Source: Sphaerodactylus townsendi
Lineage: Eukaryota
Direction: 5' to 3'
Length of the DNA stretch: 64,000 nt
NCBI RefSeq assembly: GCF_021028975.2
Contig: NC_059426.1
Location: 159,216,001-159,280,000 of the forward strand
This document shows positions 11,317 to 24,581 of the stretch, in pieces. Every line of letters starts with the position of its first letter. Positions within the stretch are counted from its first letter, which is position 1. Below the pieces are notes generated by a model, which saw only the letters and a list, made by a program, of their open reading frames with translations, was not told the origin of the DNA and searched no databases. The position numbers and the translations under genes are program-made.

Positions 11317-12251
11317 CCGTGGAGATATACCTGTATATAGTTTACCATTCACATATAAGTCGAGGCACCTAATTTACTAATCACAAAAACTGGGAAAACT
11401 TATTGACTCGCGTATAAGTCGAGGGTGGGAAATGCAGCAGCTGCTGGTAAATTTCAAAAATAAAAATAGATACCAATAAAATTACATCAAGTGAGGCATC
11501 AGTAGGTTAAATGTTTTTGAATATTTATTTCAAAAGAAAAAACAGTAAACTGGCCTCTGTAAGTGGAAAAGAGGGTCAACAAGATGGTCTTCAACAGTAA
11601 CTTTAAAAGTACAAAAAACCTTTTAGCCTCAATCAGGAACTAAGCTAAAACACAGGAGTTAAAATCCTTTCAAAAAACTGATTCCCTCATCAATATCATA
11701 TGTATGTCCAAATGTAACCCTAACTTAGATTTTGCACGAGGGATATTATCAGAAATGAAAATCTAATTATTAGCTTCCCATTGTAAACAACTGTATAAGC
11801 ACCTTTTGGGGATCTAATAACTTTGGATTCTGACCCAAACTTTCACCAAACCTGGCTAGTATCATAGCAAAGATCTCCCTTCCTGATGAGACCAGCCAGG
11901 TCTGGTGATGGTCTCAGAGGGTCCTAAAGTTATGGACCCTCAAAAGGGTAGCTCTCATCTACTAATAATAGCCTCCCATTGAAAACAACGGGAATGGGGG
12001 CACCTCCTTTGGGGGACCATAACTTTGGATCCCCGAACCAAACATTACCAAACTTGGCTGGTATCATCAGGAGTATCTTCTGAGGGTACCCTGAAATTTT
12101 GGTGTCTCTAGCATAAAAAAATCCGCTTCCCGCTGGCCAGCAAAAGTAAAAACACACAATTTTTTTTTAATGACCCGCATATAAGTCGAGGGGAGCTTTT
12201 TCAGCATTAAAAATGTGCTGAAAAATGCGACTTATACATGAGTATATACGG
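11317..12251. mobile_element. Non-autonomous Tc1/mariner-superfamily (Tc2-like) DNA transposon
   Basis: TA-CCGT...ATATACGG-TA ends with TA TSD, and repeated TATAAGTCGA subterminal motifs. Confidence 0.7.
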
Positions 12252-12938
12252 TAATTGTGAACAGTAGTGGGATGGATGCAGCAGAGTTGTCAGTTGGAAG
12301 AGTATGACTGTTTGCTGTGTTAATCTCTTGCCAGCAACCCCTTCCTGCCCTTGGGATGCAGTTCCCATCATCTTGGGCATCCACATCCATACTGAGTGGG
12401 GAAAACAGCATTGAACCCTTTACCCCACTCTTCACTGCAGTCTCCTAACTGGTGTGACTGTTGGTCCTTGTGAATCACAAAACCCTCAGGGCCAGATTTT
12501 CCATGGTTGGAAGGAACTTTGTAGGCAAAGGGGACAAAAATCTGCATCTGCCAGTGGTTGCTGCTGACAAATCTCTGGGCTCATCCTAGTGTGTATTAGA
12601 GGCATTTTTTTGTTGGTCTCCCATAACAACAATAGTCATTGTGTCAACACATTTTTATCATTTTAGCTAAGGGGCTCGAGTCTTTGGCCTATGTATGTTG
12701 CTGCACACTTTAAATTCTTGTAACTGTATTAACTGTACATGTAAAAATACTGAGATGGCTATAAGTGTAGCTGCTTCTGAGGATTATCACCTTTGGTTTA
12801 AAACAGTGGGAAAGGAGGCCCTTGCTTTGTACCTTGTGACAACCATTCTTGCTTCCTGGAGAACTCAGAAAACCAGTTTTGATTGTGTTGTATGATACAG
12901 TACTGGTTACAGTTCAAAATTATGGTCTTGGCCTAGAC

Positions 12939-13022
12939 CACAGGTGTCAAACTTGTGGCCCTCCAGATGTTATGGACTACAGTTCCCATCATCCCCTGCC
13001 AGCATGATGTTTGACACCTATG
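12939..13022. mobile_element. hAT MITE (internally deleted)
   Basis: TIR CACAGGTGTCAAAC / GTTTGACACCTATG, TSD GCCTAGAC. Confidence 0.85.
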
Positions 13023-13364
13023 GCCTAGACAGTCCTGGAGTTGGTGCCTTATATAAGCCAGGACATTGATAGAATAGAATAGAATAGAATTTTACATATT
13101 GATATTTTGATATTTTGATATTTCAACTAGCATTTTACATTTTATATACATTGACCCAGAGGAATTGTTTGATGGTTGGCAGCAATAAAATAGTCCTTGA
13201 CAGCATAATATCAATTTAATGCAGCTGGTATGGGGAAAAAATTGTGACTGATAGATATAAGTGTATTTTAATGAAATGTAAAAAAATTTCCTAAAGATGT
13301 AACACATTTTTCCCCGTTTGAAATGTTGCAAATACAACTTTCTGAAGATATCTTTTTTTGATAG

Positions 13365-13496
13365 GTGACTGGAGCTTGCTGTCTTTTCCTAGCAGGGAAA
13401 GTGGAAGAAACACCCAAAAAATGTAAAGATATCATCAAAACGGCTCGTAGTTTACTAAATGACGTGCAGTTTGGACAATTTGGAGATGACCCCAAG
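13365..13496 (+). CDS. CCNK: Cyclin K exon 4
   Basis: [48 protein letters not shown] bounded, 132 nt. Confidence 0.97.
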
Positions 13497-15361
13497 GTAA
13501 ACTGGCGTGGTCTAAAGATCGTCTTGGTTAAATTGTTATGATACAGCCCTAATTTTACTGTTGGCTGTGGGTGTTTAACACATGGTTTTAGTGGTGCTCT
13601 TGGAATTAAATAGATTAAACTAATGTAAGGCCCAAGACAGAACAAATTTTGAATTATTTTGTGTACAGTTTTTGCAAGTCGATATTTAACAACTGAGAGA
13701 TTTCAGCGCTTGTTTTTTTCCAGATAGTGTATCCATCTAATGTTGTTTCCCAAGGCAAAATGTGTACTGCAGTGCTTGTGTTGTTCTCCTGTTGCATTTG
13801 CCTGTCTTTTCAGCAAAGAAATAATCCACTGCACAGGGGAAGCAGTGAAACTGGCCACACAGAGTGCAGCCATATGCATACAGTAAGCAAACTGGAAAAA
13901 AATAAACTTTTTTGTCACTTATTTCTTTGTTGTAGTAATTATAGACATTTGTTAGTCACAAAGTCTTCAGACAACTGAGTCACAAAAGGTAACTTGTACA
14001 CAATTAACATGCGCATCTTGCAAGTTACCATGAATGTCCTCGGCTTAGTTCTGCATAATTAGTTAAATGAGATGCGGGTTGCTGGATTGCTCCCACTGTG
14101 AGCAGCTTCAGACACATGCAGAAACTTCTGAAAATTCTTATGGGCGACCAAAATAGTATCCGTCTTAGTTTATATTATATCAAATTCTGTAGATCTAAAG
14201 TTTTGTCCAGCCTCAAGGCACCCATATTGCCAGTATTCAGATCCTGCCATGATTCCTCTGTAGTACTAAGAGGGGGTCTTTGGGTGCTTCACCGCAAACC
14301 AATGGAATTTGTTTCAGATTGAGATGCTCCTGCCACTCTTTTATACTTATTGAGAACCCTCAAATTAAATAACAAAGTAAATAATGGGGAAAACGAAAGA
14401 AGCCCTTTAGACTTGCAGAAGAATTAGCCTTAACGGAGTTCTGAAACAGAGTATGCCTTCATGCTTCAGGTTTGACTTTGAAAGTCATTCCAGAAATAGC
14501 TGAAGGCAAGACTTGATTCCTATTTGTTAACTTTTGACTGCAGATGTGTGCAGTTTCACTCTTTCCCCATAACCGTGCAGCGATATTATTATATGTTTTA
14601 TTTGCTCTTCCCCACCCCCCCTCCCAAAATGGGGTGGAACAGCACAGATCAGCAACTGGATTTGCTGATCGGTCACCTTGTAGCTGATAGAAGAGGTTTT
14701 GGCTCATGTCAGCTGATGGCAGAATAAAATGTTTAGCTCTTAATATGCCTCAAGGCTTGTCATAGTGGAGCAGAATGCTGAGAAGGTGTCCCCTCTATGG
14801 GATCCCCCACACCGTTGCTTTCTCATTTTCCCTTCCTCTATCCCTTGTTGACATCTCCCCAGTAGCCAAAGAGTTGTCCCACCCTGAAGGAGGGAAACTT
14901 GGGAAACATGAGGCCCTCCCCAGCAAGAGTCTCCTGTTTCTTACAATGCAGTCTCAAACCAAGTTGTATCCCTCTGGGCCCAGTGACTTCAGTAAGCTTA
15001 GAAGGAGTTAATCCTTCATTGGTTTGCACTGTTGCTCTCACAAGCAAACATTGGAGCCACACTGATACCCGGTGCATGATTTCAAGTTAAAGGGGTTACT
15101 CATCATCAGCCAGTGAGTTAGGAGAGAAAATCCTGTTGCTGAACTTTGTTGCACAACTTACCAAAAGGCACTTACACTAAGAAAATAAGTATTAAAGAAA
15201 AAACAACCCTGAAAGTTGCTGCAGTCTAGGACAATAGAAAAACATAGGCATTATTTCTCTGGCATTACTGTGTAATGCCATCTGGAATGTATGTAAGCTA
15301 GAACTGTAGTGAGTTTGCTTTTTGGCATAATATAGTCTCCCCCCTCCCCCTTGCCTGTTAG

Positions 15362-15467
15362 GAAGAAGTTATGGTTCTGGAGAGGATCTTACTACAGACA
15401 ATAAAATTTGACTTGCAAGTGGAGCACCCTTACCAGTTCCTCCTTAAATATGCCAAGCAGCTGAAAG
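15362..15467 (+). CDS. CCNK: Cyclin K exon 5
   Basis: [35 protein letters not shown], 106 nt. Confidence 0.97.
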
Positions 15468-16973
15468 GTAAGGAAATAGCTGGTATTACTGCCTAGTAGT
15501 TTGGGCAGATGATTTCATATTCAGTTCTGTTTTCAGACTTAAGAGAAGTGAAATAGATGAAACAAGCAAAAATATAGAAATATGTACATTACGTTCAATC
15601 TTGCTGGTTGGAGAGTTATACGAATGCTGTAGTAATGAAGCTGACAGATGAGTCACATTCTTTGTATCACTCAGGCCCACTCCGCACAGCAAATGTAGAG
15701 TGCATAGGTGTGTAATAGTTCGCATAGCCCTTAGATGAAACCCATGGACTGCAGTTCCCGTTCATCATCCCTGCCAGCATCATGCTGGCAGGGATAGATG
15801 TGTAAAACATGTATCCCAACATCTGAGGGTCATGAAGTTTGACACCTATGGTGATAAAGTAACCCACTTTCCTGTTTTCGCGTTTGCATGATCCGTGCAG
15901 GAAGCAACTGGAGCCCACAAAAACAATACGGGTTGCTGTTGTGCATTTGCATGGAAGCGCATCTATTTTTTAAAATTTAACTGCCACTGATGCATAGCAC
16001 AAATGAACCCCCTCAGCTCTGCTGATGTCTCACAATATGACCATCTGCACCTGTGTGGCTATGCAGATGTAAGCCACGGATTTGTTTAAAAAAGGAAAGT
16101 GCAGCAGAATAAAGCTCCTTTTGCCTTGGCCGTTAGTTTGCAAGCGGCTGCAATCCGGGATTTTTCAAAAGACTCGCTAATAGCGTGATTCTCAAAAAAA
16201 AAAACCTGGTTTGGGGAAAACAACATGAGGCAGACTCTATTTAGGGGCAGTATCTGTACGAAATGGCCGTCCCCAATGGATTTTTTTCCTGTTCTAAACC
16301 CATGTTTAATGGCTTGTGCGGAGTCGGCCTCTGTTGCTGCAGCTTCTATTTTGCTGATCCAAACAATGCCACAAATTGCATTTGTATCTGGGATGTACAA
16401 TGGAGCAGAACTCCATTGTTCAGTCTTTGCCTGGATCCCTCTCCCAAGAGTTTGTAGGGATAGACAGGAAGCATCAGGTGGAAGAGGGATCAAAATGCCA
16501 ACTCACCACTGGAAATTGATGTTGTGATCTTTGTCTCCCCACCCACTCCCATCCCTGCTGGAGCTGTGCACACAGACCTCTTTGATATAGGTTTAAATGC
16601 GCCAGATCAGATCAGTTGTTATGGGAAGAGGGAGGAAAGGAGCGAGTGCCACTCACCACCCACAAACTGACTTCTGAAAGTTTACCCTTTCTGAAAATTC
16701 TCAAGATAATCCCATGAAGCTGGCTTGTGCACATAGATTTGCCTCACTTAATACTCTCACTTTTGTAGCTGCTGTTGTTTGCCTGGCGAGCTGCTGATTG
16801 GTTCTCCTCTGCAGTGTATGAGCCAACCAAGTTTGATAGTCATCAAAATTATGAATTGCTGGTGCATATTAATGACTGAATTCTCAGTATACTTGAACAG
16901 GAGTGATTTGCATATCTGCTAGTCACAAAGTTTGTCTTAATGTAGTAATTTTATTTAAATAATCTGCTCACAG

Positions 16974-17031
16974 GTGATAAGAACAAAATTCAAAAAGTGG
17001 TGCAAATGGCATGGACTTTTGTCAATGACAG
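16974..17031 (+). CDS. CCNK: Cyclin K exon 6
   Basis: GDKNKIQKVVQMAWTFVND(S), 58 nt. Confidence 0.96.
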
Positions 17032-18071
17032 GTAAAAATTAGTGCTAATTTTTGCTTTAAAATACTATTAGTGGTTGCCTCACTTATTTGAACTTCATTG
17101 TGTTTGTGTTCATAGACATGTAAAAGTTCATACCCCATATTTTTAGAGCGCTTTGTTTTACATAATTATGTCTTGATTTTATTTATGTGTATCCTTCTTG
17201 TCCCCCAACCAGGGTCCAAAGTTGTTTATCCCATCTTTCTCCCAACCTCCATTTTGTCCTTTGCAACAGCAACCTTGTAAGGTCGGGTAGGCTGAGAGAT
17301 TGTGATAGGCCCAGGGTCACCCATCAGTCAGAGCAAGGATTCAAACCAGATGTCTCAGGTCCTTGTCCATATCGTACTGGCTGTCATTGGCCACAGTGGC
17401 ACTGAAACATGGTTGTAGTGCATAACAAACTGCAATATATGAAGCAGCAAGTGATGTGTTTAGTTGAATGTCAATTCTGAACATGTAGTTGGGCACTGTT
17501 TGCACCAAACGGGGATGCTTTTACGCTGTTGAGTTGTTTTACAGCACCTTGCAGTAGAAGGTGGGTAACAGCACTGGACCTTTGACCTTTCTGAGAATCA
17601 CTGAATTTCCGAATTACCAAGCTGAACATTAATTTGGGTGACTACATTCACCCTGATGTACAGCAAAGTATGCATTAAATGTTCCATGCTGAGCTTCTCT
17701 CTTTCAGTTGCTTCTTCCTAGAAACCCTCCTTTGGCAATGTGTTCTGTTGCTTGTTGATTTGCTGCAACCTAAAAATTTTATGTCTGTTACATTGGAGCG
17801 TGTCCCAGTTGACTTGAGTATGGCTAGAATAGCTCCTAGTTCAGAATTCCAGACTGCATCTGGTATGGACACCTGAAAATTGGACTTATAAATTGTTCCA
17901 CGAAATTACTCTCTTCCCTCCAGTTGTCATTAGTCCTTTGGAAGTTGCAGAATAAATATAGCATGTGTACCTCTCCTCCCCCCCCCCCCACCCTAAAACT
18001 AATTGGAGTTTTGGTAGGGAAATGCTTTACTCCTTGCTAAATGCACCCCATAATTCTTTGTGTTTTTCTAG

Positions 18072-18241
18072 CCTGTGCACTACATTGTCGCTGCAGTGGG
18101 AACCAGAAATCATAGCGGTTGCTGTGATGTACCTGGCGGGCCGCTTGTGCAAATTTGAGATTCAGGAGTGGACCTCAAAGCCAATGTACCGAAGGTGGTG
18201 GGAGCAGTTTGTGCAAGATGTGCCTGTCGATGTCCTGGAAG
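18072..18241 (+). CDS. CCNK: Cyclin K exon 7
   Basis: [56 protein letters not shown], 170 nt. Confidence 0.97.
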
Positions 18242-18769
18242 GTACTTGAAGCACTGGCGACTCAAACATTTTTATCTGAATTGTTTGCTTCACTTGTGTA
18301 GTTTATGCCCTTGCTATACAAGCCAATTTGTGCAAATCCAGAATGTGGCATTTAAACATGCTGATACTTTTTCAGCCCTTGTGTATTGTTCCATGCGGCT
18401 TGTTACCTCCAGAAAGTTTTTATGTAAGATATACAATTTTGTTGTATCTGTCCTGCACATATGGAAAGCTTTCATGTGCTTTAAAGGGGTCTGCCCTCAA
18501 AAATGTTACTTACTTCATTTACAGTACTGATTCAGAAAATATGCATTGCACACCATGTGCTGGATGAATATATATTTTTACTTTTATCATTAAGTGGAAC
18601 AGCATATAGTTTCTCTGAGTTCTCTCAGCCCCACCTTCTTCACAAGATGTCTGTTGTGGGGAGAGGAAGGGAAAGGAGTGTGTAAGCCCCTTTGAGTCTC
18701 CTTAAAGGAGAGAAAGGGGGGTATAAATCCAGACTCTTTGTTTCCCCTCATAAAACAGGACCCAATTGT

Positions 18770-18985
18770 ATTGTCGAAGGCTTTCACGGCCGGAATCACT
18801 TGGGTGCTGTGTGGTTTCCGGGCTGTATGGCCGTGTTCTAGCAGCATTCTCTCCTGACGTTTCGCCTGCATCTGTGGCTGGCATCCTCTGATCCTCTGAA
18901 GATGCCAGCCACAGATGCAGGCGAAACGTCAGGAGAGAATGCTGCTAGAACACGGCCATACAGCCCGGAAACCACACAGCACCCA
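18770..18985. mobile_element. Penelope-derived fold-back element with hammerhead core
   Basis: Perfect 13-bp TSD AGGACCCAATTGT (18757-18769, 18986-18998). Hammerhead core TCCT-CTGAAGA...GAAACGTC-AGGA at 18892-18934. Confidence 0.9.
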
Positions 18986-19084
18986 AGGACCCAATTGTTT
19001 TAGAGGACTTTCCATGTGGAGTAGACTTGGTAGAGAAGCTGTAAAACAGACTGCAGGCAGCATGTTGTCTGAAATTTCCTTGGC

Positions 19085-19495
19085 TTCTTGGGAGAGGCTG
19101 TGGGGCAGCGGCAGAGCATCTGTTTTGCGTGCACAAGTCTACAGATTGTCCCTGTCATCTTTAGGGGAAAGGGTCAGGTAGTAAGTAATGTGAGAGATCC
19201 GTACCTTAGTCCCTAGATTGCTGCTGCCAGTTCGAGTGGACAGCTCTGACCCCAACAGACCAATGGGCTGATTCATTGTAAGGTGACTTCATGTTGTGGG
19301 GTGGGGTCATAACCCAGTGCTGGAACCTGCTTTGCATGCAGATGGTCCAAGGCTCAATCTCCAGTTAAAAGGATCCGGGAGATGTGAAAGAGGTCAGCCT
19401 GAGTTCTTGGAGATCCACCACCAGTTAGAGTAGACAGTACTGACCGTGGGAGAGCAATGGTCGGAACTGTGTATGTGGCAGCATCATGTGTTCAT
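19085..19495 (+). mobile_element. Two tandem degenerate tRNA-derived squamate SINEs
   Basis: Two similar units (...CTGCTTTGCATGCAGA...GAGTAGACAG...). A related minus-strand copy lies at about 44467-44620. Confidence 0.55.
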
Positions 19496-19619
19496 AAAAC
19501 TACTAGTTGAAATGAGTTTTATTGATTTTTCAAAGAGGCTTCTTTTTAGCTGTTCAGAAGAATGTTTCACTTTGGTTCTTGTTCTCTCTTGTCTCCCCCC
19601 CACCCCCCCACCCCCCAAG

Positions 19620-19903
19620 ACATCTGCCATCAGATCCTGGACCTGTATTCACAGGGGAAGCAACAGATGCCTCACCACACACCCCATCAGCTGCAGCAGC
19701 CTCCTTCCCTTCAGGGGTTGACTCAGGTAACTCCACCCCAGCAGACCCAGCAGTCCCAGAGTTCTGAGCCCTCGCAACCACAGCCGCAGAAAGAATCTCA
19801 GCAGGCAGGGCAGCAGCAGCAACCACCGCCGCCACCACAGACTCCGCAGTCCAAGAAACCATCTCCGCAGTCCAGCCCTCCCCGGCAAACGAAACGGCCA
19901 GCG
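19620..19903 (+). CDS. CCNK: Cyclin K exon 8 (Q/P-rich)
   Basis: [29 protein letters not shown]...[11 protein letters not shown], donor GTAAGT, 284 nt keeps frame. Confidence 0.95.
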
Positions 19904-19983
19904 GTAAGTGACAGTGTTACCTAGACATTAGAGTATCAGCGTTGTTGTTGAAGTTCATCATCTAGGCTTTGATCCTGTACTGA

Positions 19984-20267
19984 GAGCCAGTGTGGTATAG
20001 TGTTAAGAGCAGCAGACTCTAACCTGGGATTGATTGCCCACTCCTCCACATGAGTGGCAGACTCTAACCTGGAGAACCAGGTTTGTTTCCCCCGCTCCTA
20101 CACATTAAGCCTGGTGGGTGACCTTGGACTAGTCAAAGTTCCTTCAGCCTCACCTACCTTACAAGGTGTCTGTTGTGGTGAGGGGAAGGGAAGGAGTTTG
20201 TAAGCCGCTTTGAGACTCCTTAAAAAAATTGAGAAAAGTGGCGTATAAAAACCAACTCTTCTTCTTC
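19984..20267 (+). mobile_element. tRNA-derived squamate SINE (Squam/Sauria-type)
   Basis: A-box-like TGGTATAGTGTT head, duplicated internal B-box region, (TCT)n tail. Many similar copies occur in the window. Confidence 0.85.
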
Positions 20268-20619
20268 CTAAATAGCGGCCTTTTCTGCACAAGTTGCTTA
20301 AAATGTTTCAATGTGTTCATCTGCACACCTCACTTTCAAATGTTTCACGTCTGGTGTTTGGTTCTTTGTTTTTTAGCTTTTTAATTAATCCCTAGCTTTA
20401 TTGCTTCATTGAATTGTGTGTCCCCCACCCCCCAAAAAAGAGAAAAGATGAGGCAAGGGGGAAACTTGAGTGACAGCACAGGGGGCTTGTGAAACAGGCC
20501 AGCTTTTCAAGTTTGACTTAACTTCAAGGGAAACCAGCTTGGAAAAAAAGTTATATTGCTTTTTAGTATTTTTTTATGATTGGACTTTTAAATTCTACAA
20601 ATTGTTGTCTTGGTAACAG

Positions 20620-20653
20620 GCTGTATCTCCAAAGGAAGAAACCAAAACTGCAG
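20620..20653 (+). CDS. CCNK: Cyclin K exon 9
   Basis: AVSPKEETKTA(E), 34 nt, AG/GT bounded. Confidence 0.92.
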
Positions 20654-20829
20654 GTAAATAGATTTTCTTTCGATTTTGTACTGAATTTGTTTGTAAGACC
20701 ATGTTCAGTTAATTTAAATTCTGTAATTGTTTTGTTAGGCACTGGACTTAAAAGTACTTTTGTTGTTATGCTACCTAAGAGTTGCTGTATTATTGGGGCT
20801 CACGGTCTAAAGTCTTCTCTGTTTTTCAG

Positions 20830-20901
20830 AAGCGCCACCTCCTAAGATTGCTAAAATGGAGACTTCACATCCACCGGCACCTCCCGCCCACCCTCCACCT
20901 G
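20830..20901 (+). CDS. CCNK: Cyclin K exon 10
   Basis: APPPKIAKMETSHPPAPPAHPPP, 72 nt, donor GTAAGT. Confidence 0.94.
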
Positions 20902-22294
20902 GTAAGTTTCACTGTGAGCTATTTCCCCAGGATGCTAGAAGACTTTTTCCTGTTGTCTTTTGTTGTAACAAAGCTAGCCTTTGTTCAGTCGGTTGCTTGC
21001 TGTTTGACAAATTAGCAATTTATGCTTGTGGTCATTTGATTCCTGAAATGTCAACATGGAATTCCTCATTCTTATCCAGTGTATTCCTCTGGTGCCTTAG
21101 CTTCAGGTGGCCATTTTCACAGAACACCTGCAGGGACTGATCATCCCATCATCTGTATCGACTTCAGTAGATATACTGTTGTAGGAGCTTCAACAGATGG
21201 ACCAATCCTCCATCCACTTCTGGAATTTAAATTACTCGTAGTGGGTTGGAGAGTTATGAGCTGCATGCCTCTCCCATTCCAAATGTTCGGCTGCCCTGAA
21301 ATGTTCACTTCATACCTGCGTTTAGTTGACATTAGAACCAATTCCATTTCTTGTGCCTTTTAGGCTCGCTGTGATTTGAAAAGCACTCAAGCAGGGATTC
21401 ACGGTTTCTTGCTTTACAGTTTGATTGTATTAAAGAGCAGCTTTCCCTTTTTGTCGCTCAACGGGTCAGCGCCTAAACAGAATTAGAGTTGCTGACTCTT
21501 GTACAGTGTCAGCGTGACAGGATGTTGTTCCCTTGGCTGTTTTTCAAGGCCAAGCACTGACCCTGATTGTAGTTCCTCTGCTTTATGTTTGGGAAAGGAT
21601 CAGTAATATTGCATAAACATGCTACCATTCTTTGACCTGTGAGTTTCCTTACGGGAGATAAAGGGGAGGTATAAATCCAAACTCCTCCTCCTCCTCTTCC
21701 TGACTCCATGAAAGAGCTTAAATAATTTATGGAACAGGTGCTTAATATAACCTTGCATTGACTGATCTGAACTTGATCAACTGGTGTTGACTGCAGAGCC
21801 TCCCGAGGCACAGTACAGACTGTTGCGTTGGTGGTTTTTGTGCGTCAAGCTGTCTTTTTTCTTGTCAAAATAGAAGACTCCTGCTCTGGCATATATAGTA
21901 CCTTTATATAAATTACCTGCCCTCTAAATGAAATCTCTCAAAAATTTTCATTTGTTACTGGAATCAGCAGAAATCACTTCTGAGGCATGGAATGTGGTGA
22001 GCTACACAGAGGTACATTTTCCCAACTGTTGCTCAGATGGTAGCAAAATGTCAGTTATGCACCAGCATCGAGTTTTCCAGTATTTTTCCAGGTCTGACTT
22101 ACAGCCTTGAAATATTTCAGCCCTGAAGCACTGTAGAAGAAAGCAGTGCGTGTGATTTGTTTGCTAGTCTTCCACCAAGCTCGGGAGAATTTCTACAGAT
22201 CATTCTTGGAATGTTTTTTTCAAAGGCCAAACAATAGAATTGGAATGCAGGAATGTTTGATTTTAATTTCATCCCATCTTCTTAGCTAATCTTG

Positions 22295-22637
22295 GAGATG
22301 GAAGTGTTGGAGAGGAGGTGGAGTAGCGCTGTATATGAGGAGAGGGCTTGTTTGTCAGGAAATACTGGAGAAGGAGGCTGACAGGCCAGTGGAAAATATC
22401 TGGGTGAGGATAAGGGAAGGAAGAACAAACAGAATTATTGTGATTGGAATCTGCTGCAGACCTCCTGACTGGAGTGAGGAGGAGGCTGCTTCACACCTCC
22501 TTGAACAGCTTGAAAGGGTATCCAAACAACATGACCTGATAATTATGGGTGATTTCAGCTTTCCTGATGTGTTCTGTGAGATAAACTCTGTGAAGTGTCC
22601 AAAGTCTTGCAAATTCCTGACCTGTCTGGCCAAATGA
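22295..22637 (+). mobile_element. CR1 LINE endonuclease fragment
   Basis: ENIWVRI...IVIGICCRPP...IIMGDFSFPDV matches the APE domain of CR1 ORF2. Confidence 0.8.
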
Positions 22638-24581
22638 TGAAGCTACAAGGGGCAGTTAAGGAAAGGCAAAACTAAGGCGGATTCTGTGTGGGCCCAGGGA
22701 GCGGCAGAACACCAGTGAACGTGATACCGGTGCAGCCCCGAGGCCCTTTGCACACATGTGTGCAAGCTGCTGCGGCCTGTGGCAAAGCCTCTGCACAAGA
22801 TGCACCGCTTTTTTTTTAAGCCTACCTCCTCTTCCTACGTAGCTGTGTTGGGATGAGGGGACACACCCCCATGACCCTGGCAACGCCCCAGGGTTGGAGG
22901 GCAGGAGGAGTTTCCCCTCATCTTGACGGAGCTACATAGGAAAAGGAAGTAGGGTCTTTTTTTTAAAAAAAAAGAGGCACACCAAAAACCAGTGCCTTCC
23001 ACCCGATGCCTTTCGCTCAACACTGGGTGGAAGGCACCCTTTTCCAAAAGACTTGCTTGTTTAGCGAGTCAAGTAAACACCAGTTGGGGGAGGAAAGAGC
23101 GGTGCTGCCTTGATTTGGAGGCGGCAGGCGTGAGAAATTCCCCCCCAAATTGGTGTTTTTACCGGGCTGACGCCAATGATTTCAGCCCATTCAGAATCCA
23201 CCTAACGCTCACCTCGCGAGCAGCTGTGTCCTGTTTCTCTTCCAGCCCAGCTGACTCGGTCCTGCCTCTGGTGAGGAGGAGCCTTACAATGCAAAAGCTC
23301 CCAGCACCCACCTCTCATCAGCAGAGGGCGGGGCCAGCAATCAACTCCCTGCAAACATCTCTCTCATCAGCTGACTTGTCAACAGATCTGCCCTCTGCTC
23401 TTTCTTTCAGCTGAGCTCACTCAGCGCTTGAGCGTTGCAGATCTCAACAAAGTCTCAGTCCTTCCTGGTCACATCTTTTTTCTTAAACTGCTTCAACCCA
23501 AATGGTGTGTTGGACTAGATTACCCCATGAGAAGTAGGGGGAGGGTTGGTAAATGTGTATGAACTACTACAATGCCAGGGACTATGGTTGGTTTTGTAAT
23601 AATCTCTGGTTGTGCTTCTCTTCCCCAAGTTATGGACTTGCTCCACTGCTTCCAGGATTTTACTTCTTTCTCCCTCTCTCCAGAAAATCCTGCCGTGTTC
23701 AGCCATTACTTCCCTGATGTTTTCTTTTTCAAATGGTGGCTCTCTTTTCTACCACTTGCACAAGATAAAAAATTAAGGATAACATTCTCCCCTCCCACCG
23801 TAAAAGTTCACTTTATGTTCACCCCAAACTGCTTAAATATTTCTCGGTGTTATGAAATATGAAAACCATGGAGGAGAGGTTGGGAAGACAAGCTGTTCTG
23901 TGGCTCAAGGGAATTTTTTTCCCCATATATAGGGTCACCTGCATCAGCTTATTAATTCAAATGACCATCCACCCATGTAGGAAAAGCAGGAAAGACTGCA
24001 ACTCCTACCATTCACAAGAATGTATGGCAGGTACACCACACATTTCGTATCTACCTCCTGTGGCTGCTCTGATGTTTGTGCTGCTTTTAGCAATACTGAC
24101 ATCCAAGCAGGCACACGGTAGAAAATCTACCACATGGTAAGCTTGTCACTTGTACAGGGTCAGAGGCTGACCATACAACATTTAAAGTCTCATCTAAACT
24201 CTCTTGCCTCTAAACTGCAGAATACATTATAAGGGTTTTAGGTTGACAGTGTGTTGTTTCCTATGTGTGAGAGGAAAACCTTTGAATAATACTTTGGTTT
24301 TCTGTCAAATTATTGGATTCCAGACAATTCACTTGCATGGTTGGCACTCTGTTCTATCTTGTTCAGGGCCTCATGAGTTCATGGAAATGAAACAAAGGAA
24401 ATAGAACTACCTTGTGTCTTAAATTCCCTCGTTGTGTGAAGCTCTTTTACGTTCCTGTTTACATTCTCATAGTTTACTCTGTGATGCTAGTTTTTAAACA
24501 CGTGCTCTGTCATCGTACTCTCTCTTTGCACATGCACTGACTAAAGTGTGTTGGACGTTCTTTGTTTCTTTTTCATTTCAG

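Noticed and set aside
19554-19888. Antisense ORFs over CCNK exon 8 (and exon 11)
   Set aside because: Mirror frames of Q/P-rich codons.
19984-20060. tRNA-like sequences here and at other SINE heads
   Set aside because: A/B boxes without a full cloverleaf, followed by a SINE body. Not tRNA genes.
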